Shown one piece after another: positions 18,791-29,029 of a DNA stretch of 63,359 nt. Source of the DNA: a virus (lineage: Duplodnaviria; Caudoviricetes). A model generated the notes under the pieces. That model searched no databases. It saw nothing but the letters and a program-made list of their open reading frames with translations, and had not been told where the DNA came from. A program made the translations under genes and the position numbers. The stretch lies in the IMG/VR virus record IMGVR_UViG_3300023179_000108, positions 1 through 63,359 of that record; one strand, given 5' to 3'. The first letter of the stretch is position 1; each line of letters starts with the position of its first letter.

Positions 18791-19570
18791 ATGAACACAA
18801 ACAGAATGATGACAAATCACAGTTACACACTTGATGAGATTAAGCATCTCGCTCCATCTGTTTTTACAGAGCAAAAAGCACCTCACCTAACAGACAAGTA
18901 CATTCAAACTCCAACATCACGTGTTGTTGAAGATTTGATGCGTTTGGGGTGGCAAGTAACTAAAGCTCAAGAAATTAAAGCTCGCAAAGGTAAAGGATTT
19001 CAAAAACACATGGTTGTGTTTCGCAACCCAGACATTATGATTAGAGGTAATAATGGAGACGATTCATTCCCTCAAATTCTACTTACCAATTCACATGATG
19101 GTAAATCAGCATTTAATTTTAGAGTAGGTATTTTTCGTTTAGTATGCTCAAATGGATTAGTTGTTAGTGATGCTGATTTTAATAATGTTTCTATTAAACA
19201 TATTAATTATACTTTTGAATCACTCCAGGAAAAAATAAATGGTGTGATTGAAAAGTTACCTGGTTTAGTTCAAAAAATTAACTTGTTTAAGAGTAAAGAA
19301 TTGACTCAAGAACAAATGGTTGATTTTGCAACTAAAGCTGCTACACTTAGAAATAAGCAAGTAGTGAATGCTATGGATTTACTTAATGCTACTCGAGAAC
19401 AAGATAATGGAAATGATTTGTGGGTAGTATTTAATCGAGTTCAAGAAAAAATACTTGGTGGTGGTTACAGTTATGGTAGAAAAAATCGTAAAGCACGTTC
19501 AATTACAAACTTTCAACAAGATATTAAAATAAATGAACAATTATTTGAATTAGCTGAAGCTTATCTTTAA
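18791..19570 (+). CDS. DUF932/DUF945-family protein
   Basis: APSVF, PQILLTNSHDG, GIFRLVCSNGL, LWVVFNRVQE. Confidence 0.9.
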   Translation: MNTNRMMTNHSYTLDEIKHLAPSVFTEQKAPHLTDKYIQTPTSRVVEDLMRLGWQVTKAQEIKARKGKGFQKHMVVFRNPDIMIRGNNGDDSFPQILLTNSHDGKSAFNFRVGIFRLVCSNGLVVSDADFNNVSIKHINYTFESLQEKINGVIEKLPGLVQKINLFKSKELTQEQMVDFATKAATLRNKQVVNAMDLLNATREQDNGNDLWVVFNRVQEKILGGGYSYGRKNRKARSITNFQQDIKINEQLFELAEAYL

Positions 19571-19576
19571 TTTTTA

Positions 19577-19612
19577 AAGGTGGGGGTGTGAATAGCCCTC
19601 ACCTTACATTTG
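19577..19612 (+). promoter_or_regulatory. hairpin followed by a perfect Bacteroidota -7 box TACATTTG
   Basis: AAGGTGGGGG...CCCTCACCTT stem, then TACATTTG, then ATG at 19619. Confidence 0.55.
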
Positions 19613-19618
19613 TACCTT

Positions 19619-21434
19619 ATGGAAAGTAAAGATGAAATACATATAGGGTTTAATTCTTATTTGAATGTTCAAACATCAAAAATAATTTCATTAGATGAAA
19701 GATTAATTTTAATGGTTGAAGATCAAAAATCAATTGAATTAAAAATTAAAATTGAAGCTGACTTTAATACTATACCTGAAGAATATCATGAAATATTTTT
19801 AAATATGATAACTTCTAAATATTACAATAAAGTATCATTCAGTGATAATCTATTTTCACAATGTTGTAAACCAAAACGTAAGTGGTATGAATTTTGGAAG
19901 GCAAGATAATTATTTTATCTTTAATTCATAAAAATAAAAGTTATGATTACTTACAATTTAGAAGCAGTTAAACCTAAACTAATTGATTGGGTGAAAAGTA
20001 ATGTATCCGATTTTTGTAGTGATATGTTTAAAGAAATTCAACATGCTGCTGGACATAAATCACCAGATGATGTTGAAATGTTTTTAGGTCAAATAAGAGA
20101 AGCTGAAAAACTATCAGTAGATTATACTAAAATAATCAATGAAGCACAAACATTAGCTGATATACTCAAAATAGCTGATGAAGATGTTATGTGTAATGTT
20201 TTTTATGAAAGAGAAGATGAAATTATAACTATTATTTTGGGTGTTAAAATAGAACAAGTATATTTATAGCAAAAAATAAAATAAAATGACCGCTGTAGAC
20301 TTTATCAAAGCAATTATCAATGCACAGCACGGATGGGCTGTAGCCGATCAGTTTGAATCTACTTATGAAAATCCATCTCCAAGTAATTTTAGTGAACGAA
20401 ATCAAGAAGCACTTGATTCAATTAAAGAAACTATCGAAGATTTATTTGATAGTAATCTTTTAAGTGAAGGATTAATAGATGAATTAAATTATTATCTTGA
20501 CTGTATGGATGGACTTATTGATGAAGAAGAAGTAGATGATAACTATGATGATGGATTTGAAGATTATGATTATGATAAAGGTTTATTTGATGTTGATTAA
20601 TGGAACGGTTATTTAGAGCTTTATTTAAAACCATTATAGCTATTTTTATTTTAATGGTTATCATTGAATATGGTGATAATATAGTGTATTTTTATGAAAA
20701 ACACCCATGGATGTTAATAGCGACTATATTTTTCTTGTACTATTATTATTTTTCAAAATAGGCAAAATAAGATTTTTATATTCATGTTATGAAAAAAACA
20801 GCAGTACAAGAAGTAATTGATTATATTGAAAGTTCAACAAAGATAAAGTTTAAAGATACAAGTAAGGAATTATTTAACGATAAACACAAGTATCAAATAA
20901 CTGAAGCTATTGAACATGTACTTGCTGGTTTTATCACTAATGACTATCTTAGACATAAAATAGCTGAAAAATATTACAATGAAGTTTATGGTAATAATAA
21001 AAATAGTGAAGAATAATTTAAAAAATAAGTCATGAAATATCTTGTAACAACATTTATAGTACTCCTACTAGGAGTAGTTATGTATGGTTTGTATTCGTTT
21101 ATGTATTTAGAATTGAATCCACTTAAGTGGGAAGATGATGTTCGTAAATCTATTAGTTTTGGTTGGTTTAGTTTGTCAATGTTAATTGTTATTGTTAGAT
21201 CAATGACTAAAAAAGATAAAACTGATCCATATGGAAGAAAATATATCTAGGTGGGATGAATTAGAGAATAAATTAGATGTTTGTTCATTTGTTGCTTTTA
21301 ATAGAAGTAATAAATGGTCATATAAGATTTATTCTATATCAAATGATGAAATATTTGAGCAGAAAAGCGGTTATGCTACAAAAAATGATGCTAAAAAAGC
21401 ATGTTTAGATAAGTTAATTGAATTGGCAAAGTAA
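19619..21434 (+). other. small hypothetical CDSs 19619..19909, 19943..20269, 20286..20600 (very acidic), 20789..21016 (QTAV family), 21032..21250 (membrane), 21231..21434
   Basis: ORF track; several have their own promoter motif. Confidence 0.65.
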
Positions 21435-21467
21435 TTTTATTATTTTTACTTCATAAAATTAAAAGTT

Positions 21468-22103
21468 ATGAAAGTAATAGAGAAACCATGGTACTATGGT
21501 TCATATTTAGCCTATGAAGACATTGAAGATGAGTTTATACCTACTGAACGAGGAGTAAGGGTATTACCTGCTCCATTCTTCTATGATAAAAAGATATTTT
21601 TCACTTTACATAAACAATACCAACCAGGCGAAAAACAATCATTCCCAAATGGTGGTTATGAAGTCATAGACATGACTGGTGGTATTAGAAATTATGACTT
21701 AGATCAAATCATTATTCACCCAGCAGTATTGAAACATAAAAAGATGCTGGAGAAAATGAAACGTAGAACTGAAAAAACTCAAAAGCAAATTGATCGAGAA
21801 TTAAGAAAACGTAATCGCGAAGCTAAGAAACAAAATAAAACAGGCAAACGAGGCAGACCAGCACTTAATTCAGAAGAAAAAGCAAAACGAGAAATAGCTA
21901 AAGCAGAAAGTAAAACACGTTCAGGTGGTAAACGAGGTAGACCCAAATCAAATACACCTAAACCAATCACTGAAAAAACAAATACAGGTAAACGAGGTAG
22001 ACCAGCATTAAGTGAAGAAGCAAAACGTCAACGTGAATTAGCTAAATTAGCAACTAAGGTTAGAAGTGGTGGTAAACGAGGTAGACCTAAGAAGGCAAAA
22101 TAA
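21468..22103 (+). CDS. AT-hook repeat protein
   Basis: Four KRGRP motifs in a duplicated TGKRGRPAL...RSGGKRGRPK unit. Confidence 0.8.
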   Translation: MKVIEKPWYYGSYLAYEDIEDEFIPTERGVRVLPAPFFYDKKIFFTLHKQYQPGEKQSFPNGGYEVIDMTGGIRNYDLDQIIIHPAVLKHKKMLEKMKRRTEKTQKQIDRELRKRNREAKKQNKTGKRGRPALNSEEKAKREIAKAESKTRSGGKRGRPKSNTPKPITEKTNTGKRGRPALSEEAKRQRELAKLATKVRSGGKRGRPKKAK

Positions 22104-22132
22104 AAGTCTTATATTTATTAAAATTAATAGTT

Positions 22133-22342
22133 ATGAAAAATAAAGTTTGGCACAAAATCACTATTGCTACAGAGGAACAGAATGTAGAAATACACCCAAC
22201 AGACACGTATGATGGTATCATAGTGGTGACTAAAGAGCTGGATGATAAGACAGAAAGTCCACGAATGTATCTGAATGAAGATGAAATGGAAATGCTTATT
22301 CTTAAGATGAGAGAGATGATGAATTCTGTTAAAGCAAAATAA
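22133..22342 (+). CDS. hypothetical protein
   Basis: ORF track; promoter at 22094. Confidence 0.7.
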   Translation: MKNKVWHKITIATEEQNVEIHPTDTYDGIIVVTKELDDKTESPRMYLNEDEMEMLILKMREMMNSVKAK

Positions 22343-22344
22343 AA

Positions 22345-22479
22345 AATTAGGTTGATCGGGGAAGGAAGAGACTTATAAACCCTGTCGATGGGTGGGTAGG
22401 GCCTTCGGAGTTGAAATCGTCAAAGTAAAGCCAATCATAAAAGTAGATGTCCACGCAACCATCTTCTACTTTCCTAATT
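22345..22479 (+). ncRNA. putative structured ncRNA with pseudoknot
   Basis: AATTAGG/CCTAATT closing stem, TGATCGG/CCAATCA, AAAGTAGA/TCTACTTT; GATGG-GTGGG (22387-22396) is complementary to loop TCCAC..CCATC (22450-22463); GC-rich and non-coding. Confidence 0.6.
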
Positions 22480-22562
22480 CTCAGTGTTCCCAGAGATTAA
22501 ACGGGGGCTATTGACGACTGGAGATTAGTCGTAGGTTCACGATGCAAGAGAAATCGTAGGTT

Positions 22563-22699
22563 AGTCAGGTGGCGGAATTGGTAGACGCAAATAGGGTGTG
22601 TAAGTGTGAATCTAATCCGAGAGGTAGTCGCTCGGACAATAAAGCACTCGATTGATGAAGTGACTTGTCATCATACAGGTTCGAATCCTGTCCTGACTG
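22563..22699 (+). ncRNA. tRNA-shelled element, long structured insert
   Basis: AGTCAGG-TGGCGGAATTGGTAGACGC...ACAGGTTCGAATCCTGT-CCTGACT-G; no anticodon arm; insert hairpins TCCGAG/CTCGGA and TGATGA/TCATCA. Confidence 0.8.
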
Positions 22700-23037
22700 A
22701 TAAAAAAATAATATATGACAGAACTTGAGTATATACAGAAAAAACTGAATGTCATAAAAAAACTACGGAAGAACAACAAACCCTAAATTATGAATAAAAA
22801 AATAAAAGAAACTATTTTATTAATAGGTGCAGCCTTAGTTTGGTCATTAATATTGTATCTCCTATTTAAATTAATTCAATAAAAACACAATGAAAAAAGT
22901 AAAATTAGAACATGAAAAAAAGAAAGTTAAAATGGGTAGCGTGGTTTGAAACTCCGATATGTTTCTATACCAAAAAAGAAATGTTAAAATATTGCGAGGG
23001 GAAAATCGTGATGAAGAGTAAAATGAATTGTCATTAA

Positions 23038-23055
23038 AATCCTGTCCTGACTACT
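23038..23055 (+). repeat. 3'-half-only copy of the tRNA-shelled element
   Basis: AATCCTGTCCTGACTACTA with no 5' half upstream. Confidence 0.85.
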
Positions 23056-23193
23056 AAAACTTAAAAACATGGAACAAGAAAAATGCAATGTGTGTAATTA
23101 TGAAAATGGGCATAATTCACTATGTCCTAATAACGTGATTAACTCTGATGTGTACGAATATCAGAATAGTCAAATTGAAGAGTAAAATAACAT

Positions 23194-23271
23194 AGTCAGG
23201 TGGTGTAATTGGCAACGCAACATATAAGTCCGAGTGCATTGTTGATACAGGTTCGAATCCTGTCCTGACTA
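23194..23271 (+). ncRNA. tRNA-shelled element, short insert
   Basis: AGTCAGG-TGGTGTAATTGGCAACGC...ACAGGTTCGAATCCTGT-CCTGACT-A; CAACA/TGTTG stem with an oversized loop. Confidence 0.8.
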
Positions 23272-23454
23272 CTAAAATTAAAAGTTATGGAAAAAGATAA
23301 AGACTTTGAATCATTTGGATATAATACAGACAATCCATGTGAAATATGTGGAGAAAAACCTGCTAAAATAGAACCAAGATTCTTTTATACTGTTTGTAAA
23401 GAACATCAGTATTTAACACCCACACAAGTAAGTGAGTTAAAAATAAAGAAATAA

Positions 23455-23481
23455 TCAGGTGGGGGAATCCTGTCCTGACTA
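23455..23481 (+). repeat. internally deleted copy of the tRNA-shelled element
   Basis: TCAGGTGG fused via GGG to AATCCTGTCCTGACTA. Confidence 0.8.
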
Positions 23482-23633
23482 CTAAAAATAAAATACATGA
23501 AAACTCTATTTTGGATTTGTTACTATGGGCTTATAGTTGTATTAGGTATATATGCCGTTGTAAAATTCATTAAAAATAAATAAAAATTACAGAAGGCAAA
23601 ATAATTTTTTTATATTTACTAAAATTAAAAATT

Positions 23634-25114
23634 ATGATGTCAAACGATGAAATTCAAAAATGGAATAGAGAAATGTTCAATGAAATGCATGAACCTATTC
23701 AAGAAAGTGTTTCTGATGCTCTAGATTATGTTAAGTATACTTTAGAAGAAGCAAAAGAATGTCATATGGAAACTGAAGTGGTAGTTTGGGCTCTAAAGTA
23801 TATGAAAGATGATCCAACACTAACTATTAAACAGGCAATATCTTACTCATTTAACGATTGGATAAAATAAACAAATGAAAACATTTAGAATTATTGAAGA
23901 AGCCCCAGTTATCTGTGTTTGGACATACATAGTTGAAGCAGAAACTGAAGAAGAAGCATTAGAACTAGTAACAAATGGTGATGTTGAAGCAGCGGAGATG
24001 AATATTGAAGTAGATTATGAAGATGCTGAATTCACATACCATATTGAAGAAGAAGAGGCAAAATAATTATTTTATCTTTATTTAAACAATTAAAACAAAG
24101 GTTATGACAAAGCAACAAACAATTGACACTCTGAAAAGTCAACTCCCCGGATTTTATTCAGTTGAACAAGTAATCGCACTTATTGATGGTATTGAAGCTG
24201 AAACTGAACAAACAGCAATATCAAAACTTGATAGTGACAAAGTATCATCACTTGTAAGAGATATGGTTGAAGAAATATGTGATCAAGCTGATTCTCTAAT
24301 AGATAATTATGAGCTGGAAATGAATGGTAGAGAAGTAGAAATGACAAGTATTACACTTGATCTGTATGGTTTGAAATCAATAGTAGAAGAATATTTGAAA
24401 GATAATAATATAATGTTGATTGAGAAAGAAGAAAGTGATGAAGATTAAGTTGGCAAAATAATTATCTTACATTTATTAAAATTAAAAATTATGGCAAAAA
24501 TTGAATTTGTAGAACTCAAAGATGTTGATGATTCTTTATGGTATTTTACTCAAGTAAATGGATGTTATATTGTTAATTCTGGTAGTTTCAAGAAAGAAAA
24601 AGCATATGATTTTTTCAAAAAGTACGTTGAAAGCTCAAATAAAAAACCAGTTGAAACCGTTCTAGAAACTGTTGAAGTAGAAGAAGCAGCCGCACCATTC
24701 TAAAACAAACCATTATGAAAATTCAACTTGTCAAAGAAACAAAATACGACAAAGCCACCTACTACATTACAGTAGATGGTAAGTTCAAAGCTGGTTCCAC
24801 TTGTGATAACCTAGCAGAGGCACTGGAAGCATTTGAAGATGCTAAATATGAAGTAAATGGTAAGCGTATCGAAATTCTAATGCAAGAAGAACTTTAAAAA
24901 GGCAAAATAATTTTTATATCTTTAGCATATGAAAAAAATAATAATTAAAATCAACCAGCTATTGTTTACTAATGAAAATCAAAAAACATATAGCTTCACC
25001 CCAGGTACGCACACTATTCTGCCTACAGATATACTAGATGAAAAACAATGGATGAATGAGTTTAAAGTATCATTTATGTATGGTTGGCGAAGTAATCCAA
25101 TATATTTAGACTAA
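23634..25114 (+). other. small acidic hypothetical CDSs 23634..23870, 23875..24066, 24104..24448, 24491..24703, 24715..24897, 24929..25114
   Basis: ORF track; most have their own promoter motif. Confidence 0.7.
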
Positions 25115-25265
25115 TAAAAGTAAGTAAAAATGGATATGTTTTTATTAGTAATCATTATAATTTATTTACACGATATTAATCACAATATCAAAGTTAAAAA
25201 ATAATTTGTTAGGCAAAATAAAGATTGTATATTTAATTATTATTTAAACAATTAAAACAAAGGTT

Positions 25266-25502
25266 ATGAACAACGAAACGATGAATGTAGAAACAAAGCG
25301 CCGTGGAAGGCCGGTTGTTGAAAACAGTGCTCGCCAACTGAAACTCGCAGCACAAGCAGCACGAGGTGAAGTAAAACGAGGCCGTCCCGCGAATCCAAAT
25401 TCAAATCGCCAAACCAAAATGGCAGCACGAATGATTGTGATTGCAAATGGTGGTGAAGTAAAGCGTGGTAGGCCCAAGATGATAAAAGAAGTGGTTGCGT
25501 AA
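25266..25502 (+). CDS. small AT-hook protein, paralogue of 31056..31358
   Basis: Three RGRP motifs. Confidence 0.8.
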   Translation: MNNETMNVETKRRGRPVVENSARQLKLAAQAARGEVKRGRPANPNSNRQTKMAARMIVIANGGEVKRGRPKMIKEVVA

Positions 25503-25510
25503 GCAACCAC
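25491..25510 (+). other. hairpin at stop codon, before tRNA-Leu
   Basis: GTGGTTGC-GTAA-GCAACCAC. Confidence 0.6.
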
Positions 25511-25514
25511 TAAT

Positions 25515-25601
25515 GCCTGGGTGGTGGAATAGGTAGACACGCTTGACTTAAGATCAAGTTTGCAGAAAAAGCAAGTGCGGGTTCGATTCCCGCCCCAGGT
25601 A
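25515..25601 (+). tRNA. tRNA-Leu(TAA)
   Basis: GCCTGGG/CCCAGGT acceptor, CTTGA-CTTAAGA-TCAAG anticodon arm, long variable arm, GCGGG-TTCGATT-CCCGC T-arm. Confidence 0.95.
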
Positions 25602-25647
25602 CATAAATAAGATTACTAGTCTTATATGTTTACATATATTTATTAAT

Positions 25648-26115
25648 ATGAAACAATATAATACTAAAAAATCAAACAGTTGGGAAAAAACAGGTATTAA
25701 AGTTGATAATATCTCTCAACAAGAATTCGTTAATATATGTTCTAGTAGTGAATCAATGGCTCACGCCGCTTCTAGACTTGGATTACATTTTAATACTTTT
25801 AAAAAATATGCTCTTAAATATGATTGTTATAAACCAAATCAATCAGGAAAAGGATTAAAAAAAGAGAATGGGTATAGAGTAAAATATGATGGATTAAAAA
25901 CAAGAGCAGGAATAAGAAAACGAATAATAAAAGAAAAGTTAATTGAATATAAATGTAGTGAATGTGAAATATCAGAATGGAAAGGTCAAAAACTAGCATT
26001 ACATTTAGATCATATAGATGGTAACGCTTGGAATCATGATTTATCTAATTTAAGATTTTTATGCCCAAATTGCCATTCATTAACTGATAATTACACGGGA
26101 AAAAATAAAAAATAA
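25648..26115 (+). CDS. HNH homing endonuclease
   Basis: CSECE...LHLDHIDGNAWNH...NLRFLCPNCHSLT. Confidence 0.9.
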   Translation: MKQYNTKKSNSWEKTGIKVDNISQQEFVNICSSSESMAHAASRLGLHFNTFKKYALKYDCYKPNQSGKGLKKENGYRVKYDGLKTRAGIRKRIIKEKLIEYKCSECEISEWKGQKLALHLDHIDGNAWNHDLSNLRFLCPNCHSLTDNYTGKNKK

Positions 26116-26120
26116 AAGTT

Positions 26121-26375
26121 ATGAAAGCATACCAAGTATATAAAGGAGAACAAGATAAACACGGACATCAACAATTTGATTTAATAGCAACTTATTTAGA
26201 TAAACAACAAGCTTTAAACCACGCTGAAAAAATAGCTGAAGAAACTCCTTTGTATAGCGATACTATATTAGAATTTGATGGATGGTACGGGAAAGGTAAG
26301 TATTGTAGCTGGTCCATAAGAGGTTGGGAAATAATTATTGTTTCTCAATTCAGAGAGATTGAAATTATAGAATAA
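26121..26375 (+). CDS. hypothetical protein
   Basis: ORF track; ends 4 nt before a tRNA-shelled element. Confidence 0.7.
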   Translation: MKAYQVYKGEQDKHGHQQFDLIATYLDKQQALNHAEKIAEETPLYSDTILEFDGWYGKGKYCSWSIRGWEIIIVSQFREIEIIE

Positions 26376-26379
26376 AAAT

Positions 26380-26470
26380 AGTCAGGTAGTGTAATGGTAG
26401 CACGGAGTGAAGTAGACGCATTAACATGTAGTCCCGATCTCAAGTATAGGTTCAAATCCTGTCTTGACTA
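26380..26470 (+). ncRNA. tRNA-shelled element
   Basis: AGTCAGG-TAGTGTAATGGTAGCAC...ATAGGTTCAAATCCTGT-CTTGACT-A; non-canonical interior. Confidence 0.78.
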
Positions 26471-26563
26471 CAAACACAGAGTGACGTAGGTTGATGTTCC
26501 AAAAAGGAATCTGATATAGAGTTAAAAGAGGTAGGAGAAATCACTCATTAACCCACCCAATTT

Positions 26564-26636
26564 AGTCAGGTAGCTCAAAGGTCGAGCGGGCCCGTAACAG
26601 GGAGTGCGTATGCAGGTTCGAATCCTGTCCTGACTA
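26564..26636 (+). ncRNA. tRNA-shelled element of tRNA size without a canonical anticodon arm
   Basis: AGTCAGG-TAGCTCAAAGGTCGAGC...GCAGGTTCGAATCCTGT-CCTGACT-A; only CCC-GTAACA-GGG inside. Confidence 0.78.
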
Positions 26637-26671
26637 CTGATAGTCATACTTTTAATTTTTAATGGTGAAAC

Positions 26672-26704
26672 GACCTGGAGTGTCTACTCCGGGTCTCTTT
26701 TTTT
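26672..26704 (+). terminator. intrinsic terminator
   Basis: GACCTGGAGT-GTCT-ACTCCGGGTC followed by a T-run. Confidence 0.85.
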
Positions 26705-26756
26705 AAAGGTTGGCAAAATAAAAGTTTTATATTTAATCAATTAAAAAATAAAAGTT

Positions 26757-28753
26757 ATGAAACTAATTTACACAAAACGCGAACTTCAAGAATTAGATAC
26801 AATTGAGCAAGCTTGGGATGATGATGAATTAAAAATTGATGAGGATAATGTTCGTGTATGGTTAACACATACAGAAAATAGACAATACAATGGTGATTAT
26901 GTTGTTGAAATAAAAACAAATGGTAGTTGGACTCAACACTATATGTTGTTTGAATAAGAGTGACAAAATAAATTCTTACATTTAATTATTAATAATTAAT
27001 TATATGATCATAGAATTAAAAAGCATCATTGAAGAAATAAGTGATTTCATTAATGAAAACACTGATGAGTTTGAATTTGTAGTTGATATTAATAATTTGG
27101 ATTTATGGGAATTTGATTTTAATGATTTGAGTTTTAATATAAGAGAATGCTGTAATATATTTGTTAGAGAATTAGAAGATAATAGTATTGAAAAAGAATA
27201 TAGTGAAAGTGTTATTAAAAAAGTCTATAAAAACAATTTAATATTATACTTGGTTAATTAGGCGAAATAAATTATTAACTTTATTAAAATTAAATAATAT
27301 GATTACAAAAGAACAATTCCTAACAGCTCAGTTAAAAGATATCTCTCAAGTTTATCTTGGTAAAAATCATCACTGCCGATGCGGTTGTGGAGGAAAATAT
27401 ACCGCTACTACTTACATGATTAAACCTCGTACAGCGACTATAGACAATAATTTGGTTAATTTGCGTCTTAAAAGAGCAAAAAAACTGATTGAATCTGGAG
27501 TTCAAGTTGATTATGGTGATAATTATGTTAATATTGTGACAGGAAATAATCGAGCCTTGACATTTTATTTTAACGAAACACAACAATAAAAAAGTTGGCA
27601 AAACAATTCACTACATTTATTAAAATTAAAAGTTATGAAAATAGAATTGACAGACATGCAGCTACAAAATCTATACTATGTAGCTAACAAAGTGAAACTA
27701 GAAAAGGAGAAGGGAATGTTTGCAATGATTGAAATGAATGAATTGGATGAACTAATTGAATTGCTTGATAACGCAATAGAAGAAAATAATAAACAATTCA
27801 GACAAGAATTGTGGAATAGTGTTAGTAAAACTATGGATAAAAGGACAAAATAGTAACCATATATTTAATTAATAAATAAAAAGGTTATGGCACAACAAAC
27901 AGCAGTTGAATGGTTGATAAAGGAAATTGACTCACAATATCCGCATATTAATATCTTATGGAAGCAGTGGATGATCGAAAAAGCCAAACAAATGGAGAAA
28001 GAGCAGATAATAAAAGCAGATTTAGCTGGAGTAGAAAGAACTATTGTAAAATTTAATGAATATTTACCTCTTCCTGATGTATTAAATGTTTTAAAAAACA
28101 TTAAACAAGGCATAGATATACATGAAGAAGGAGAACAATACTATAACGAAATTTACACAACCAAATAATAAACAAACAAAAAACCAAAGGTTATGATGAA
28201 CGTAAATGAACTAAAATCCAACTACAGTATTTTCGGTAATAAAGGAAACGTATGGAATAATACAGCTCATATCTATAAATCGGGTGAGGGTAATTTATGT
28301 GGAACTCCAGCACTATCAACTAATTGGGCTAGGATAGAAAATGTAGAAACAATCGGTTGTGTGGAGTGTTTGAAAAAATATAATGAAACTAATTATGAAA
28401 TATTTGATATAGATACTCAATATAATACTGAAGTGTATTATGGGGATGATGATTATGATTTTGGTTATGATGAATGGAAGCAGCAAAGTAGGTAATAATT
28501 TAGTTGAATTTTGTAGTTGAAATTAGGAAGTCAAAATAATTCACTAACTTTACTTAAATAAAAAAATCAAGTTATGAATACACAAGAATTGGCAACTAAA
28601 ATCTACAATTACATTACAACTCTTAATAGAAACGGAGAACATTGGGATAAGTGGGATGATGAGAGGGAAATCGATTTCATTAGGAGCCTGATTGATAATC
28701 AACACAAGTCAGTAATAGAGCAAAACTGTAATAATGATGATTGGGGTTTCTAA
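26757..28753 (+). other. small CDSs, nearly all with their own promoter: 26757..26957, 27004..27261, 27299..27589 (CRCGCGG motif), 27635..27853, 27887..28168 (QTAVEW family), 28193..28495 (Cys/His motifs), 28574..28753
   Basis: ORF track plus promoter motifs. Confidence 0.7.
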
Positions 28754-28782
28754 AGGTGAAATGAACAAGTAAAAAATAATAT

Positions 28783-28905
28783 AGTCGGGTGGCGGAATGG
28801 TAGACGTAAATACATCCAGTTATAGGGACTGAAACTCAAGCACATTTACGTTTTAGTAAATGAGAGATGAAAAAACTAATACAGGTTCGAATCCTGTCCT
28901 GACTA
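28783..28905 (+). ncRNA. tRNA-shelled element, long structured insert
   Basis: AGTCGGG-TGGCGGAATGGTAGACGT...ACAGGTTCGAATCCTGT-CCTGACT-A; insert hairpin CATTTAC/GTAAATG. Confidence 0.8.
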
Positions 28906-29029
28906 CTAAAAAAAGAAAAAATGTTTTACGAAGCAAACAATAAAAAGGATTTTATTATTGGTTGGATTTCGGGCGTGATATTCGCTATATCAATTGTAAT
29001 ATTGTTTAAGATTCTGTAAAAAATGTATT

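Larger units (their letters stand above)
22715..23583 (+). other. micro-ORFs between tRNA-shelled elements: 22715..22786, 22790..22882, 23069..23185 (CxxC..H..C), 23287..23454 (CxxC..CxxH), 23497..23583 (TM)
   Basis: Hand-translated; each has an A-rich leader; all below the ORF-track size cutoff. Confidence 0.6.

Noticed and set aside
22563-22699. Group I intron-containing tRNA-Leu
   Set aside because: Insert is under 100 nt with no recognisable catalytic core, and removing it does not obviously rebuild an anticodon arm
26505-26675. Hammerhead ribozyme (CTGAT...GAAA seen twice)
   Set aside because: Cores read CTGATAT and CTGATAG rather than CTGANGA, and I could not build the three stems
22563-28905. 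CRISPR array interpretation of the CCTGTCCTGACTA repeats
   Set aside because: Spacing is highly irregular, the repeats fold as tRNA arms, intervening DNA encodes ORFs, and no cas genes are present
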